Source: Eledone cirrhosa
Taxonomy: Eukaryota
Length of the DNA: 64,000 nt
Direction: 5' to 3'
Assembly: GCA_964016885.1 (NCBI GenBank)
Contig: OZ024751.1
Span: 2,356,001 to 2,420,000, forward strand
In this document: piece by piece, positions 1 through 13,831 of the stretch
How positions within the stretch are numbered: the stretch's first letter is position 1
How the letters are laid out: each line of letters begins with the position of its first letter
The notes under the pieces: model-generated
The model's database searches: none
Seen by the model: the letters and a program-made list of their open reading frames with translations, nothing else
What the model was told of the DNA's origin: nothing
Made by a program: the position numbers and the translations under genes

Positions 1-3000
1 TTGGACCTTCTCTGTTGAACTGTCATATTGAACCTTCTCTTTAGAATTGTCATAGTGAACCTTCTCTGTTTAACTGTCATATTGAACTTTCTCTGTTGAA
101 CTGTCATGCTGAACCTTCCCTGTTGAACTGTCATGTTGAACTTTCTCTTTTGAACTGTCATACTGAAGCTTCTCTGTTGAACTTTCATATTGAAGCTTCC
201 ATGTTGAACTGTCATATTGAACTTTCTCTGTTGAACTGTCATGCTGAACCTTCTTTGTTGAGCTGTCATGTTGAACCTTCTCTGTTGAACTGTCATGTTG
301 AATTGTCATGTTGAACCTTCTCTGTTGAACTGTCATATTGAACCTTCTCTTTTGAACTGTCATGCTGTACATTCTCTGTTGAACTGTCATATTGAACCTT
401 CTCTGTATAACTGTCATATTGAACCTTCTCAGTTTAACTGTCATATTGAACTTTCTCTGTTGAACTGTCATGCTGAACCTTCCCTGTTGAACTGTCATGT
501 TGAACTATCTCTGTTGAACTGTCATACTGAAGCTTCTCTGTTGAACTGTGATATTCAACTTTCTCTGTTGAACTGTCATACTGAAGCTTCTCTGTTGAAC
601 TGTCATATTGAATCTTCCCTGTTGAACTGTCATGTTGGACCTTCCCTGTTTAACTGTCATATTGAACCTTCCCTGTTGAACTGTCATATTGAACTTTCTC
701 TGTTGAACTGTCATGATGAACCTTCCCTGTTTAACTGTAATGCTGAACCTTCTCTGTTGAACTGTCATATTGAACTTTCTCTGTTGAAATGTCATGCTGA
801 ACATTCCCTGTTGAACTGTCATGCTTAACCTTCCCTGTTTAACTGTCATATTGAACTTTCTCTGTTGAACTGTCATGCTGAACCTTCTCTGTTGAACTGT
901 CATATTGAACCTTCTCTGTTTAACTGTCTTATTGAACTTTTTCTGTTGAACTGTCATGCTGAACCTTCCCTGTTGAACTGTCATGCTGAACATTCCCTCT
1001 TTAACTGTCATGCTGAACCTTGCCGGTTTAACTGTCATATTGAACTTTCTCTGTTGAACTGTCATGTTGAACCATCTCTGTTGAACTGTCATATTGAACC
1101 TTCCCTGTTTAACTGTCATGTTGGACCTTCTCTGTTGAACTGTCATATTGAACTTTCTCTGTTGAACTGTCATGCTGAACCTTCTCTGATGAAATGTCAT
1201 GTTGAACCTTCTCTGTTGAACTGTCATGTTGAACCTTCTATGTTGAACTGTCATATTGAGCCTTCTCAGTTGAACTGTCATGTTGAACCTTCTCTGTTGA
1301 ACTGTCATGATGAACCTTCTCTGTTGAACTGTCATATTGAACCACCCTTGTTGAAATGTCATGCTGAACCTTCCCTGTTGAACTATTATATTTAACTTTC
1401 TCTGTTGAACTGTCATGTTGAACCTACTCTGTTGAACTGTCATTCTGAAACTTCCTTTTCGAGCTGTCATGTTGCACCTTCTCTGTTGAACTGTCATGTA
1501 GATCTGTCATGTTGAACCTTCTCTGTTGAACTGTCATATTGAACCTTCTCTGTTGAACTGTCATGTTGGACCTTCTCTGTTGAACTGTCATATTGAACCT
1601 TCTCCGTATAACTGTCATATTGAACCTTCTCAGATTAACTGTCATATTGAACTTTCTCTGTTGAACTGTCATACTGAACCTTCTCTGTTTAACTGTAATA
1701 TTGAACTTTCTCTGTTGAACTGTCATGCTGAACCTTCCCTGTTGAACTGTGATATTGAACCTTCCCTGTTGCACTGTCATGTTGGACCTTCCCTGTTTAA
1801 CTGTCATATTGAACCTTCCCTGTTGAACAGTCATATTGAACTTTCTCTGTTGAACTGTCATGATGAACCTTCCCTGTTTAACTGTAATGCTGAACCTTCT
1901 CTGTTGAACTGTCATATTGAACTTTCTCTGTTGAACTGTCATGTTGAACCTTCCCTGTTGAACTGTCATGCTGAACCTTCCTTGTTGAGCCGTCATTTTG
2001 AACCTTCTCTGTTGAACTGTCATGTTGAACTGTCAGGTTGAACCTTCTCTATTGACTGTCATATTGAACCTTATTTGTTGAACTGTCATGTTGGACCTTC
2101 ACTGTTGAACTGTCATATTGAACCTTCTCTGTTTAACTGTCATATTGAACCTTCCCTGTTGAACTGTCCTATTGGACCTTCCCTGTTTAACTGTCATATT
2201 GAACCTTCCCTGTTTAAATGTCATGCTGAACCTTCTCTGTTGAACTGTCATATTGAACTTTCTCTGTTGAACTGTCATGCTGAAGCTTCCCTGTTGAACT
2301 GTTATGCTGAACCTTCCTTGTTGAGCCGTCATGTTGAACCTTCTTTGTTGAACTGTCGCGTAGAACTGGTATGTTGAACCTTCTCTGTTGACTGTCATAT
2401 TGAACCTTCTCTGTTGAACTGTCATATTGAACCTTCTCTGTTGAACTGTCATGTTGGACATTCTCTGTTGAACTGTCATATTGAACCATCTCTGTAGAAC
2501 TGTCATATTGAACCTTTTCTGTTTAACTGTCATATTGAACTTTCTCTGTTGAACTGTCATGCTGAATCTTCCCTGTTGAACTGTCATGTTGAACTTTCTC
2601 AGTTGAACTGTCATACTGAACCTTCTCTGTTGAACTGTCATATTGAACCTTCCCTGTTTAACTGTCATGTTGAACCTTCTCTGTTTAACTGTCATATTGA
2701 ACTTTCTCTGTTGAACTGTCATGCTGAACCTTCCTTGTTGAGCTGTCATGTTGAACCTTCTCTGTTGAACTGTCATGTTGAACTGTCATGTTGAACATTC
2801 TCTGTTGAACTGTCATGTTGAACCTTCTCTGTTGAACTATCATGTTGGACCTTCTCTGTTGAACTGTCATATTGAACCTTCTCTGTAGAACTGTCATATT
2901 GAACCTTCTCTATTTAACTGTCATATTGAACCTTCCCTGTTAAACTGTCATGTTGGACCTTTCCTGTTGAACTGTCATGTTGGACCTTCCCTGTTTAACT

Positions 3001-5110
3001 GTCATATTGAACCTTCCCTGTTGAACTGTCATCTTGAACATTCCCTGTTGAACTGTCATGCTGAACCTTCCCTGTTGAATTGTCATGCTGAACCTTCTCT
3101 GTTGAACTGTCATATTGAACTGTCTCTGTTGAACAGTCATGCTGAACTTTCCCTGTTGAACTGTCATGCTGAACCTTCCTTGTTGAGCCGTCATGTTGAA
3201 CCTTCTCTGTTGAACTGTCATGTTGAACTGTCAAGTTGAACCTTCTCTGTTGACTGTCATATTGAACCTTATCTGTTGAACTCTCATGTTGGACCTTCTC
3301 TGTTGAACTGTCATATTGAACCTTCTCTTTAGAATTGTCATAGTGAACCTTCTCTGTTTAACTGTCATATTGAACTTTCTCTGTTGAACTGTCATGCTGA
3401 ACCTTCCCTGTTGAACTGTCATGTTGAACTTTCTCTTTTGAACTGTCATACTGAAGCTTCTCTGTTGAACTTTCATATTGAAGCTTCCATGTTGAACTGT
3501 CATATTGAACTTTCTCTGTTGAACTGTCATGCTGAACCTTCTTTGTTGAGCTGTCATGTTGAACCTTCTCTGTTGAACTGTCATGTTGAATTGTCATGTT
3601 GAACCTTCTCTGTTGAACTGTCATATTGAACCTTCTCTTTTGAACTGTCATGCTGTACATTCTCTGTTGAACTGTCATATTGAACCTTCTCTGTATAACT
3701 GTCATATTGAACCTTCTCAGTTTAACTGTCATATTGAACTTTCTCTGTTGAACTGTCATGCTGAACCTTCCCTGTTGAACTGTCATGTTGAACTTTCTCT
3801 GTTGAACTGTCATACTGAAGCTTCTCTGTTGAACTGTGATATTCAACTTTCTCTGTTGAACTGTCATACTGAAGCTTCTCTGTTGAACTGTCATATTGAA
3901 TCTTCCCTGTTGAACTGTCATCTTGGACCTTCCCTGTTTAACTGTCATATTGAACCTTCCCTGTTGAACTGTCATATTGAACTTTCTCTGTTGAACTGTC
4001 ATGATGAACCTTCCCTGTTTAACTGTAATGCTGAACCTTCTCTGTTGAACTGTCATATTGAACTTTCTCTGTTGAAATGTCATGCTGAACATTCCCTGTT
4101 GAACTGTCATGCTTAACCTTCCCTGTTTAACTGTCATATTGAACTTTCTCTGTTGAACTGTCATGCTGAACCTTCTCTGTTGAACTGTCATATTGAACCT
4201 TCTCTGTTTAACTGTCTTATTGAACTTTTTCTGTTGAACTGTCATGCTGAACCTTCCCTGTTGAACTGTCATGCTGAACATTCCCTCTTTAACTGTCATG
4301 CTGAACCTTGCCGGTTTAACTGTCATATTGAACTTTCTCTGTTGAACTGTCATGTTGAACCATCTCTGTTGAACTGTCATATTGAACCTTCCCTGTTTAA
4401 CTGTCATGTTGGACCTTCTCTGTTGAACTGTCATATTGAACTTTCTCTGTTGAACTGTCATGCTGAACCTTCTCTGATGAAATGTCATGTTGAACCTTCT
4501 CTGTTGAACTGTCATGTTGAACCTTCTATGTTGAACTGTCATATTGAGCCTTCTCAGTTGAACTGTCATGTTGAACCTTCTCTGTTGAACTGTCATGATG
4601 AACCTTCTCTGTTGAACTGTCATATTGAACCACCCTTGTTGAAATGTCATGCTGAACCTTCCCTGTTGAACTATTATATTTAACTTTCTCTGTTGAACTG
4701 TCATGTTGAACCTACTCTGTTGAACGGTGATGCTGAATCTTCCCTGTTGAACTGTCATGCTGAACCTTCCCTGTTTAACTGTCATATTGAACTTTCTCTG
4801 TTGAACTGTCAGGCTGAAGCTTCCCTGTTGAACTGTCATGCTGAACCTTCCCTGTTTAACTGTCATATTGAACCTTCTCTGTTGAACTGTAATGCTGAAC
4901 CTTCCCTGTTGAACTATCATATTGAACTTTCTCTGTTGAACTGTCATGTTGAACCTACTCTGTTGAACTGTCATGCTGAAACTTCCTTGTCGAGCTGTCA
5001 TGTTGCACCTTCTCTGTTGAACTGTCATGTAGATCTGTCATGTTGAACCTTCTCTGTTGAACTGTCATATTGAACCTTCTCTGTTGAACTGTCATGTTGG
5101 ACCTTCTCTG
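1..5110 (+). repeat. Block duplication: 1-~1437 is repeated at 3289-~4725 (offset 3288); after 9 extra monomers the match resumes at offset 3531
   Basis: The rare variant string tctctttagaattgtcatagtgaac occurs at ~35 and ~3323. ORF pairs 96/3384, 295/3583 and 865/4153 are near-identical. AGATCT occurs at 1500 and 5031 (3531 = 3288 + 243). Confidence 0.9.
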
Positions 5111-8100
5111 TTGAACTGTCATATGGAAGCTTCCCTGTTCAACTGTCATGTAGAACCTTTTCTGTTTAACTGTCATATTGAACTTTCTCTGTTGAACTGT
5201 CATGCTGAACCTTCCTTGTTGAACTGTCATGTTGAACCTTCTCTGTTGAACTGTCATGTTGAACCTTCTCTTTTGAACTGTCATATTGAGCCTTCTCTGT
5301 TGAACTGTCATGTTGAACCTTCTCTGTTGAACTGTCATGTTGAACCTTCCCTGTTCAACTGCCATGTTGAACCTTCTCTGTTTAACTGTCATATTGAACT
5401 TTCTCTGTTGAACTGTCATGCTGAACCTTCCTTGTTGAACTGTCATGTTGAACCTTCTGTGTTGAACTGTCATAATGAACCTTCCCTGTTGAACTGTCAT
5501 GTTGGACCTTCCCTGTTTAACTGTCATATTGAACCTTCTCTGTTAAACTGTCATGCTGAACCTTCCCCGTTGAACTATCAGATTGAACTTTCTCTGTTGA
5601 ACTGTCTTGTTGAACCTACTCTGTTGAACTGTCATGCTGAAACTTCCTTTTTGAGCTGTCATATTGAACCTTCTCTGTTGAACTGTCATGTTGAACTGTC
5701 ATGCTGAACCTTCTCTGTTGAACTGTCATATTGAACCTTCTCTGTAGAAATGTCATATTGAACCTTCTCTGTTTAACTGTCATAATTAACTTTCTCTGTT
5801 GAACTGTCATGCTGAACCTTCCCTGTTGAACTGTCATGTTAAACTTTCTCTGTTGAACTGTCATGCTGAACCTTCCCTGTTTAAATGTCATGCTGAACCT
5901 TCTCTGTTGAATTGTCATATTGAACTTTCTCTGTTGAACTGTCATACTGAACCTTCCCTGTTGAACTGTCATGCTGAACCTTCCTTGTTGAGCTGTCATG
6001 TTGAACCTTCTCTGTTGAACTGTCATATTGAACCTTCTCTGTTGAACTGTCATGTTGAACCTTCTCTGTTGAACTGTCATATTGAACCTCCCCTGTTGAA
6101 ATGTCATGTTGAACCTTCTCTGTTGAACTGTCATGCTGAACCTTCCCTGTTGAACTATCATATTTAACTTTCTCTGTTGAACTGTCATGTTGAACCTACT
6201 CTGTTGAACTGTGATGCTGAACCTTCCCTGTTTAACTGTCATATTGAAATTTCTCTGTTGAACTGTCATGCTGAAGCTTCCCTGTTGAACTGTCATGCTG
6301 AACCTTCCTTTTCGAACTGTCATGTTGAACCTTCTCTGTTGAACTGTCATGCTGAACCTTCTCTGTTGAACTATCATATTGAACTGTCATGTTGAACTGT
6401 CATGTTGAACCTTCTCTGTTGAACTGTCATATTGAACCTTCCCTGTTCAACTGTCATGTTGAACCTTCTCTTTTTAACTGTCATATTGAACTTTCTCTGT
6501 TGAACTGTCATGCTGAACCTTCCTCGTTGAACTGTCATGTTGAACCTTCTTTGTTGAACTGTCATGTTGGACCTTCTCTGTTGAACTGTCATATTGAACT
6601 TTCTCTGTTGAACTGTCATGCTGAACCTTCCCTGTTTAACTCTCATATTGAACCATCCCGTTGAACTGTCATATTGAACTTTCCCTGTTGAACTGGCATG
6701 CTGGACCTTCCCTGTTGAACAGTCATGCTGAACCTTCCCTGTTTAACTGTCATGCTGAACCTTCTCTGTTGAACTGTCATATTGAACTTTCTCTGTTGAA
6801 CTGTCATGTTGAACCTTCTCTGTTTAACTGTCATATTGAACCTTCTCTGTTTAACTGTCATATTGAACTTTCTCTGTTGAACTGTCATGCTGAAGCTTCC
6901 CTGTTGAACTGTCATATTGAACTTTCTCCGTTGAACTGTCATGTTGAACCTACTCTGTTGAACTGTCATGCTGAACCTTCTCTGTTGAACTGTCATATTG
7001 AACCTTCCCTTTGAACTGTCATGTTGAACCTTCTCTGTTTAACTGTCATATTGAACTTTCTCTGTTGTACTGTCATACTGAACCTTCCCTGTTGAACTGT
7101 CATGTTGAACTTTCTCTGTTGAACTGTCATACTGAACCTTCTCTGTTGAACTGTCATATTGAACCTTCCCTGTTGAACTGTCATGTTGAACCTTCTCTGT
7201 TTAACTGTCATATTGAACTTTCTCCGTTGAACTGTCATGCTGAATCTTCCTTGTTGAGCTGTCATGTTGAACCTTCTCTATTGAACTGTCATGTTGAACT
7301 GTCATGTTGAACTGTCATGTTGAACCTTCTCTGTTGAACTGTCATATTGAACCTTCTCTTTTGAACTGTCATGCTGGACATTCTCTGTTGAACTGTCATA
7401 TTGAACCTTCTCCGTATAACTGTCATATTGAACCTTCTCAGTTTAACTGTCATATTGAACTTTCTCTGTTGAACTGTCATGCTGAACCTTCCCTGTTGAA
7501 CTGTCATGTTGAACTTTCTCTGTTGATCTGTCATACTGAACCTTCTCTGTTTAACTGTCATATTGAACTTTCTCTGTTGAACTGTCATGCTGAACCTTCC
7601 TTGTTGAGCCGTCATGTTGAACCTTCTCTGTTGAACTGTCGTGTTGAACTGGTATGTTGAACCTTCTCTGCTGACTGTCATATTGAACCTTATCTGTTGA
7701 ACTGTCATGTTGGACCCTCTTTGTTGAACTGTCATGTTGAACCTTCTCTGTTGAACTGTCATATTGAACTTTCTCTGTTGAACCGTGATGCTGAACCTTC
7801 CTTGTTGAACTGTCATGTTGAACCTTCTGTGTTGAACTGTCATAATGAGCCTTCCCTGTTGAACTGTCATGTTGGACCTTCTCTGTTTAACTGTCATATT
7901 GAACTTTCTCTGTTGAACCGTCATGCTGAACCTTCCTTGTTGAACTGTCATGTTGAACCTTCTGTGTTGAACTGTCATAATGAGCCTTCCCTGTTGAACT
8001 GTCATGTTGGACCTTCCCTGTTTAACTGTCATATTGAACCTTCTCTGTTTAACTGTCATATTGAACTTTCTCTGTTGAAGTGTCATGTTGAACCTACTCT

Positions 8101-11100
8101 GTTGAACTGTCATGCTGAAACTTCCTTTTTGAGCTGTCATATTGAACCATTTCTGTTGAACTGTCATGTTGAACTGTCATGGTGAACCTTCTCTGTTTAA
8201 CTGTCATATTGAACTTTCTCTGTTGAACTGTCATGCTGAACCTTCCTTGTTGAGCCGTCATGTTGAACCTTATCTGTTGAACTGTCGTTTTGAACTGGTA
8301 TGTTGAAACTTCTCTGTTGACTGTCATATTGAACCTTATCTGTTGAACTGTCATGTTGGACCTTCTTTGTTGAACTATCATATTGAACTTTCTCTGTTGA
8401 ACTGTCATGTTGAACCTACTCTGTTGAACTGTCATGCTGAACTTTCTCTGTTGAACTGTCATATTGAACCTTCCCTGTTGAACTGTCATGTTGGACCTTC
8501 CCTGTTGAACTGTCATGTTGGACCTTCCCTGTTTAAATGTCATATTGAACCTTCCCTGTTGAACTGTCATATTGAACATTCCCTGTTGAACTGTCATGCT
8601 GAACCTTCCCTGTTGAACTGTCATGCTGAACATTTCTCTGTTGAACTGTCATGCTGAAACTTCCTTGTCGAGCTGTCATGTTGCACCTTCTCTGTTGAAC
8701 TGTCATGTAGATCTGTCATGTTGAACCTTCTCTGTTGAACTGTCATATTGAACCTTCTCTGTTGAACTGTCATGTTGGACCTTCTCTGTTGAACTGTCAT
8801 ATGGAAGCTTCCCTGTTCAACTGTCATGTAGAACCTTTTCTGTTTAACTGTCATATTGAACTTTCTCTGTTGAACTGTCATGCTGAACCTTCCTTGTTGA
8901 ACTGTCATGTTGAACCTTCTCTGTTGAACTGTCATGTTGAACCTTCTCTTTTGAACTGTCATATTGAGCCTTCTCTGTTGAACTGTCATGTTGAACCTTC
9001 TCTGTTGAACTGTCATGTTGAACCTTCCCTGTTCAACTGCCATGTTGAACCTTCTCTGTTTAACTGTCATATTGAACTTTCTCTGTTGAACTGTCATGCT
9101 GAACCTTCCTTGTTGAACTGTCATGTTGAACCTTCTGTGTTGAACTGTCATAATGAACCTTCCCTGTTGAACTGTCATGTTGGACCTTCCCTGTTTAACT
9201 GTCATATTGAACCTTCTCTGTTAAACTGTCATGCTGAACCTTCCCTGTTGAACTATCAGATTGAACTTTCTCTGTTGAAGTGTCTTGTTGAACCTACTCT
9301 GTTGAACTGTCATGCTGAAACTTCCTTTTTGAGCTGTCATATTGAACCTTCTCTGTTGAACTGTCATGTTGAACTGTCATGCTGAACCTTCTCTGTTGAA
9401 CTGTCATATTGAACCTTCTCTGTAGAAATGTCATATTGAACCTTCTCTGTTTAACTGTCATAATTAACTTTCTCTGTTGAACTGTCATGCTGAACGTTCC
9501 CTGTTGAACTGTCATGTTAAACTTTCTCTGTTGAACTGTCATGCTGAACCTTCCCTGTTTAACTGTCATGCTGAACCTTCTCTGTTGAATTGTCATATTG
9601 AACTTTCTCTGTTGAACTGTCATACTGAACCTTCCCTGTTGAACTGTCATGCTGAACCTTCCTTGTTGAGCTGTCATGTTGAACCTTCTCTGTTGAACTG
9701 TCATATTGAACCTTCTCTGTTGAACTGTCATGTTGAACCTTCTCTGTTGAACTGTCATATTGAACCTCCCCTGTTGAAATGTCATGTTGAACCTTCTCTG
9801 TTGAACTGTCATGCTGAACCTTCCCTGTTGAACTATCATATTTAACTTTCTCTGTTGAACTGTCATGTTGAACCTACTCTGTTGAACTGTGATGCTGAAC
9901 CTTCCCTGTTTAACTGTCATATTGAACTTTCTCTGTTGAACTGTCATGCTGAAGCTTCCCTGTTGAACTGTCATGCTGAACCTTCCTTTTCGAACTGTCA
10001 TGTTGAACCTTCTCTGTTGAACTGTCATGCTGAACCTTCTCTGTTGAACTATCATATTGAACTTTCTCTGTTGAACTGTCATGTTGAACCTACTCTGTTG
10101 AACTGTCATGCTGAAACTTCCTTGTCGAGCTGTCATGTTGAACCTTCTCTGTTGAACTGTCATGTTGAACTGTCATGTTGAACCTTCTCTGTTGAACTGT
10201 CATATTGAACCTTCCCTGTTCAACTGTCATGTTGAACCTTCTCTTTTTAACTGTCATATTGAACTTTCTCTGTTGAACTGTCATGCTGAACCTTCCTCGT
10301 TGAACTGTCATGTTGAACCTTCTTTGTTGAACTGTCATGTTGGACCTTCTCTGTTGAACTGTCATATTGAACTTTCTCTGTTGAACTGTCATGCTGAACC
10401 TTCCCTGTTTAACTCTCATATTGAACCATCCCGTTGAACTGTCATATTGAACTTTCCCTGTTGAACTGGCATGCTGGACCTTCCCTGTTGAACAGTCATG
10501 CTGAACCTTCCCTGTTTAACTGTCATGCTGAACCTTCTCTGTTGAACTGTCATATTGAACTTTCTCTGTTGAACTGTCATGTTGAACCTTCTCTGTTTAA
10601 CTGTCATATTGAACCTTCTCTGTTTAACTGTCATATTGAACTTTCTCTGTTGAACTGTCATGCTGAAGCTTCCCTGTTGAACTGTCATATTGAACTTTCT
10701 CTGTTGAACTGTCATGTTGAACCTACTCTGTTGAACTGTCATGCTGAACCTTCTCTGTTGAACTGTCATATTGAACCTTCCCTTTGAACTGTCATGTTGA
10801 ACCTTCTCTGTTTAACTGTCATATTGAACTTTCTCTGTTGTACTGTCATACTGAACCTTCCCTGTTGAACTGTCATGTTGAACTTTCTCTGTTGAACTGT
10901 CATACTGAACCTTCTCTGTTGAACTGTCATATTGAACCTTCCCTGTTGAACTGTCATGTTGAACCTTCTCTGTTTAACTGTCATATTGAACTTTCTCTGT
11001 TGAACTGTCATGCTGAATCTTCCTTGTTGAGCTGTCATGTTGAACCTTCTCTGTTGAACTGTCATGTTGAACTGTCATGTTGAACTGTCATGTTGAACCT

Positions 11101-12410
11101 TCTCTGTTGAACTGTCATATTGAACCTTCTCTTTTGAACTGTCATGCTGGACATTCTCTGTTGAACTGTCATATTGAACCTTCTCCGTATAACTGTCATC
11201 TTGAACCTTCTCAGTTTAACTGTCATATTGAACTTTCTCTGTTGAACTGTCATGCTGAACCTTCCCTGTTGAACTGTCATGTTGAACTTTCTCTGTTGAT
11301 CTGTCATACTGAACCTTCTCTGTTTAACTGTCATATTGAACTTTCTCTGTTGAACTGTCATGCTGAACCTTCCTTGTTGAGCCGTCATGTTGAACCTTCT
11401 CTGTTGAACTGTCGTGTTGAACTGGTATGTTGAACCTTCTCTGCTGACTGTCATATTGAACCTTATCTGTTGAACTGTCATGTTGGACCCTCTTTGTTGA
11501 ACTGTCATGTTGAACCTTCTCTGTTGAACTGTCATATTGAACTTTCTCTGTTGAACCGTCATGCTGAACCTTCCTTGTTGAACTGTCATGTTGAACCTTC
11601 TGTGTTGAACTGTCATAATGAGCCTTCCCTGTTGAACTGTCATGTTGGACCTTCTCTGTTTAACTGTCATATTGAACTTTCTCTGTTGAACCGTCATGCT
11701 GAACCTTCCTTGTTGAACTGTCATGTTGAACCTTCTGTGTTGAACTGTCATAATGAGCCTTCCCTGTTGAACTGTCATGTTGGACCTTCCCTGTTTAACT
11801 GTCATATTGAACCTTCTCTGTTTAACTGTCATATTGAACTTTCTCTGTTGAAGTGTCATGTTGAACCTACTCTGTTGAACTGTCATGCTGAAACTTCCTT
11901 TTTGAGCTGTCATATTGAACCATTTCTGTTGAACTGTCATGTTGAACTGTCATGGTGAACCTTCTCTGTTTAACTGTCATATTGAACTTTCTCTGTTGAA
12001 CTGTCATGCTGAACCTTCTTGTTGAGCCGTCATGTTGAACCTTATCTGTTGAACTGTCGTTTTGAACTGGTATGTTGAAACTTCTCTGTTGACTGTCATA
12101 TTGAACCTTATCTGTTGAACTGTCATGTTGGACCTTCTTTGTTGAACTATCATATTGAACTTTCTCTGTTGAACTGTCATGTTGAACCTACTCTGTTGAA
12201 CTGTCATGCTGAACTTTCTCTGTTGAACTGTCATATTGAACCTTCCCTGTTGAACTGTCATGTTGGACCTTCCCTGTTGAACTGTCATGTTGGACCTTCC
12301 CTGTTTAAATGTCATATTGAACCTTCCCTGTTGAACTGTCATATTGAACATTCCCTGTTGAACTGTCATGCTGAACCTTCCCTGTTGAACTGTCATGCTG
12401 AACATTTCTC
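4960..12410 (+). repeat. Tandem ~3.7-kb higher-order duplication: copy A ~4960-8637, copy B ~8638-12410
   Basis: ORF pairs 5057/8735 and 5799/9477 have offset 3678; 6389/10162, 6661/10434 and 7304/11077 have offset 3773; 8343/12115 has offset 3772. Shared rare variants include atggaagc, aactggcatgctgg and gaacatttctc. Confidence 0.93.
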
Positions 12411-13831
12411 TGTTGAACTGTCATATTGAACTTTCTCTGTTGAACAGTCATGCTGAACTTTCCCTGTTGAACTGTCATGCTGAACCTTCCTTGTTGAGCC
12501 GTCATGTTGAAACTTCTCTGTTGAACTGTCATGTTGAACTGTCAAGTTGAACCTTCTCTGTTGACTGTCATATTGAACCTTATCTGTTGAACTCTCATGT
12601 TGGACCTTCTCTGTTGAACTGTCATATTGAACCTTCTCTGTAGAACTGTGGTAGTGAACCTTCCCTGTTTAACTGTAATGCTGAACCTTCTCTGTTTAAC
12701 TGTCATATTGAACTTCTCTGTTGAACTGTTATGCTGAACCTGCCCTGTTGAACTGTCATGCTTAACCGTCCCTGTTTAACACTCATATTGAACTTTCTCT
12801 GTTGAACTGTTATGCTGAACCTTCCCTGTTGAACTGTCATATTGAACATTCCCTGTTGAACTGTCATGTTGGACCTTTCCTGTGTAACTGTCATCTTGAA
12901 CCTTCCCTGTTGAACTGTCATATTGAACTTTCTCTGTTGAACTGTCATGCTGAACCTTCCCTGTTTAACTGTAATGCTGAACCTTCTCTGTTGAACTGTC
13001 ATATTGAACTTTCTCTGTTGAAATGTCATGCTGAACTTTCCCTGTTGAACTGTCATGCTTAACCTTCCCTGTTGAACTCTCGTATTGAACCTTCCCTGTT
13101 GAACTGTCATGTTGAACTTTCTCTGTTTAACTGTCATATTGAACTTTCTCTGTTGAACTGTCATGCTGAATCTTCTTTGTTGAGCTGTCATGTTGAACCT
13201 TCTCTGTTGAACTGTCATGTTGAACTGTCATGTTGAACCTTCTCTGTTGAACTGTCATATTGAACCTTCTATGTAGAAATGTCATATTGAACCTTCTCTG
13301 TTTAACTGTCATATTTAACTTTCTCTGTTGAACTGTCATGTTGAACTGTCATGTTGAACCTTCTCTGTTGAACTGTCATATTGAACCTTTTATGTAGAAA
13401 TGTCATGTTGAAACTTCTCTGTTGAACTGTCATGCTGAACCTTCCCTGTTGAACTATTATATTTAACTTTCTCTGTTGAACTGTCATGTTGAACCTACTC
13501 TGTTGAACGGTGATGCTGAATCTTCCCTGTTGAACTGTCATGCTGAACCTTCCCTGTTTAACTGTCATATTGAACTTTCTCTGTTGAACTGTCATGCTGA
13601 AGCTTCCCTGTTGAACTGTCATGCTGAACCTTCCCTGATTAACTGTCATATTGAACCTTCTCTGTTGAACTGTCATGCTGAACCTTCCCTGTTGAACTAT
13701 CATATTGAACTTTCTCTGTTGAACTGTCATGTTGAACCTACTCTGTTGAACTGTCATGCTGAAACTTCCTTGTCGAGCTGTCATGTTGCACCTTCTCTGT
13801 TGAACTGTCATGCTGAAACTTCCTTGTCGAG

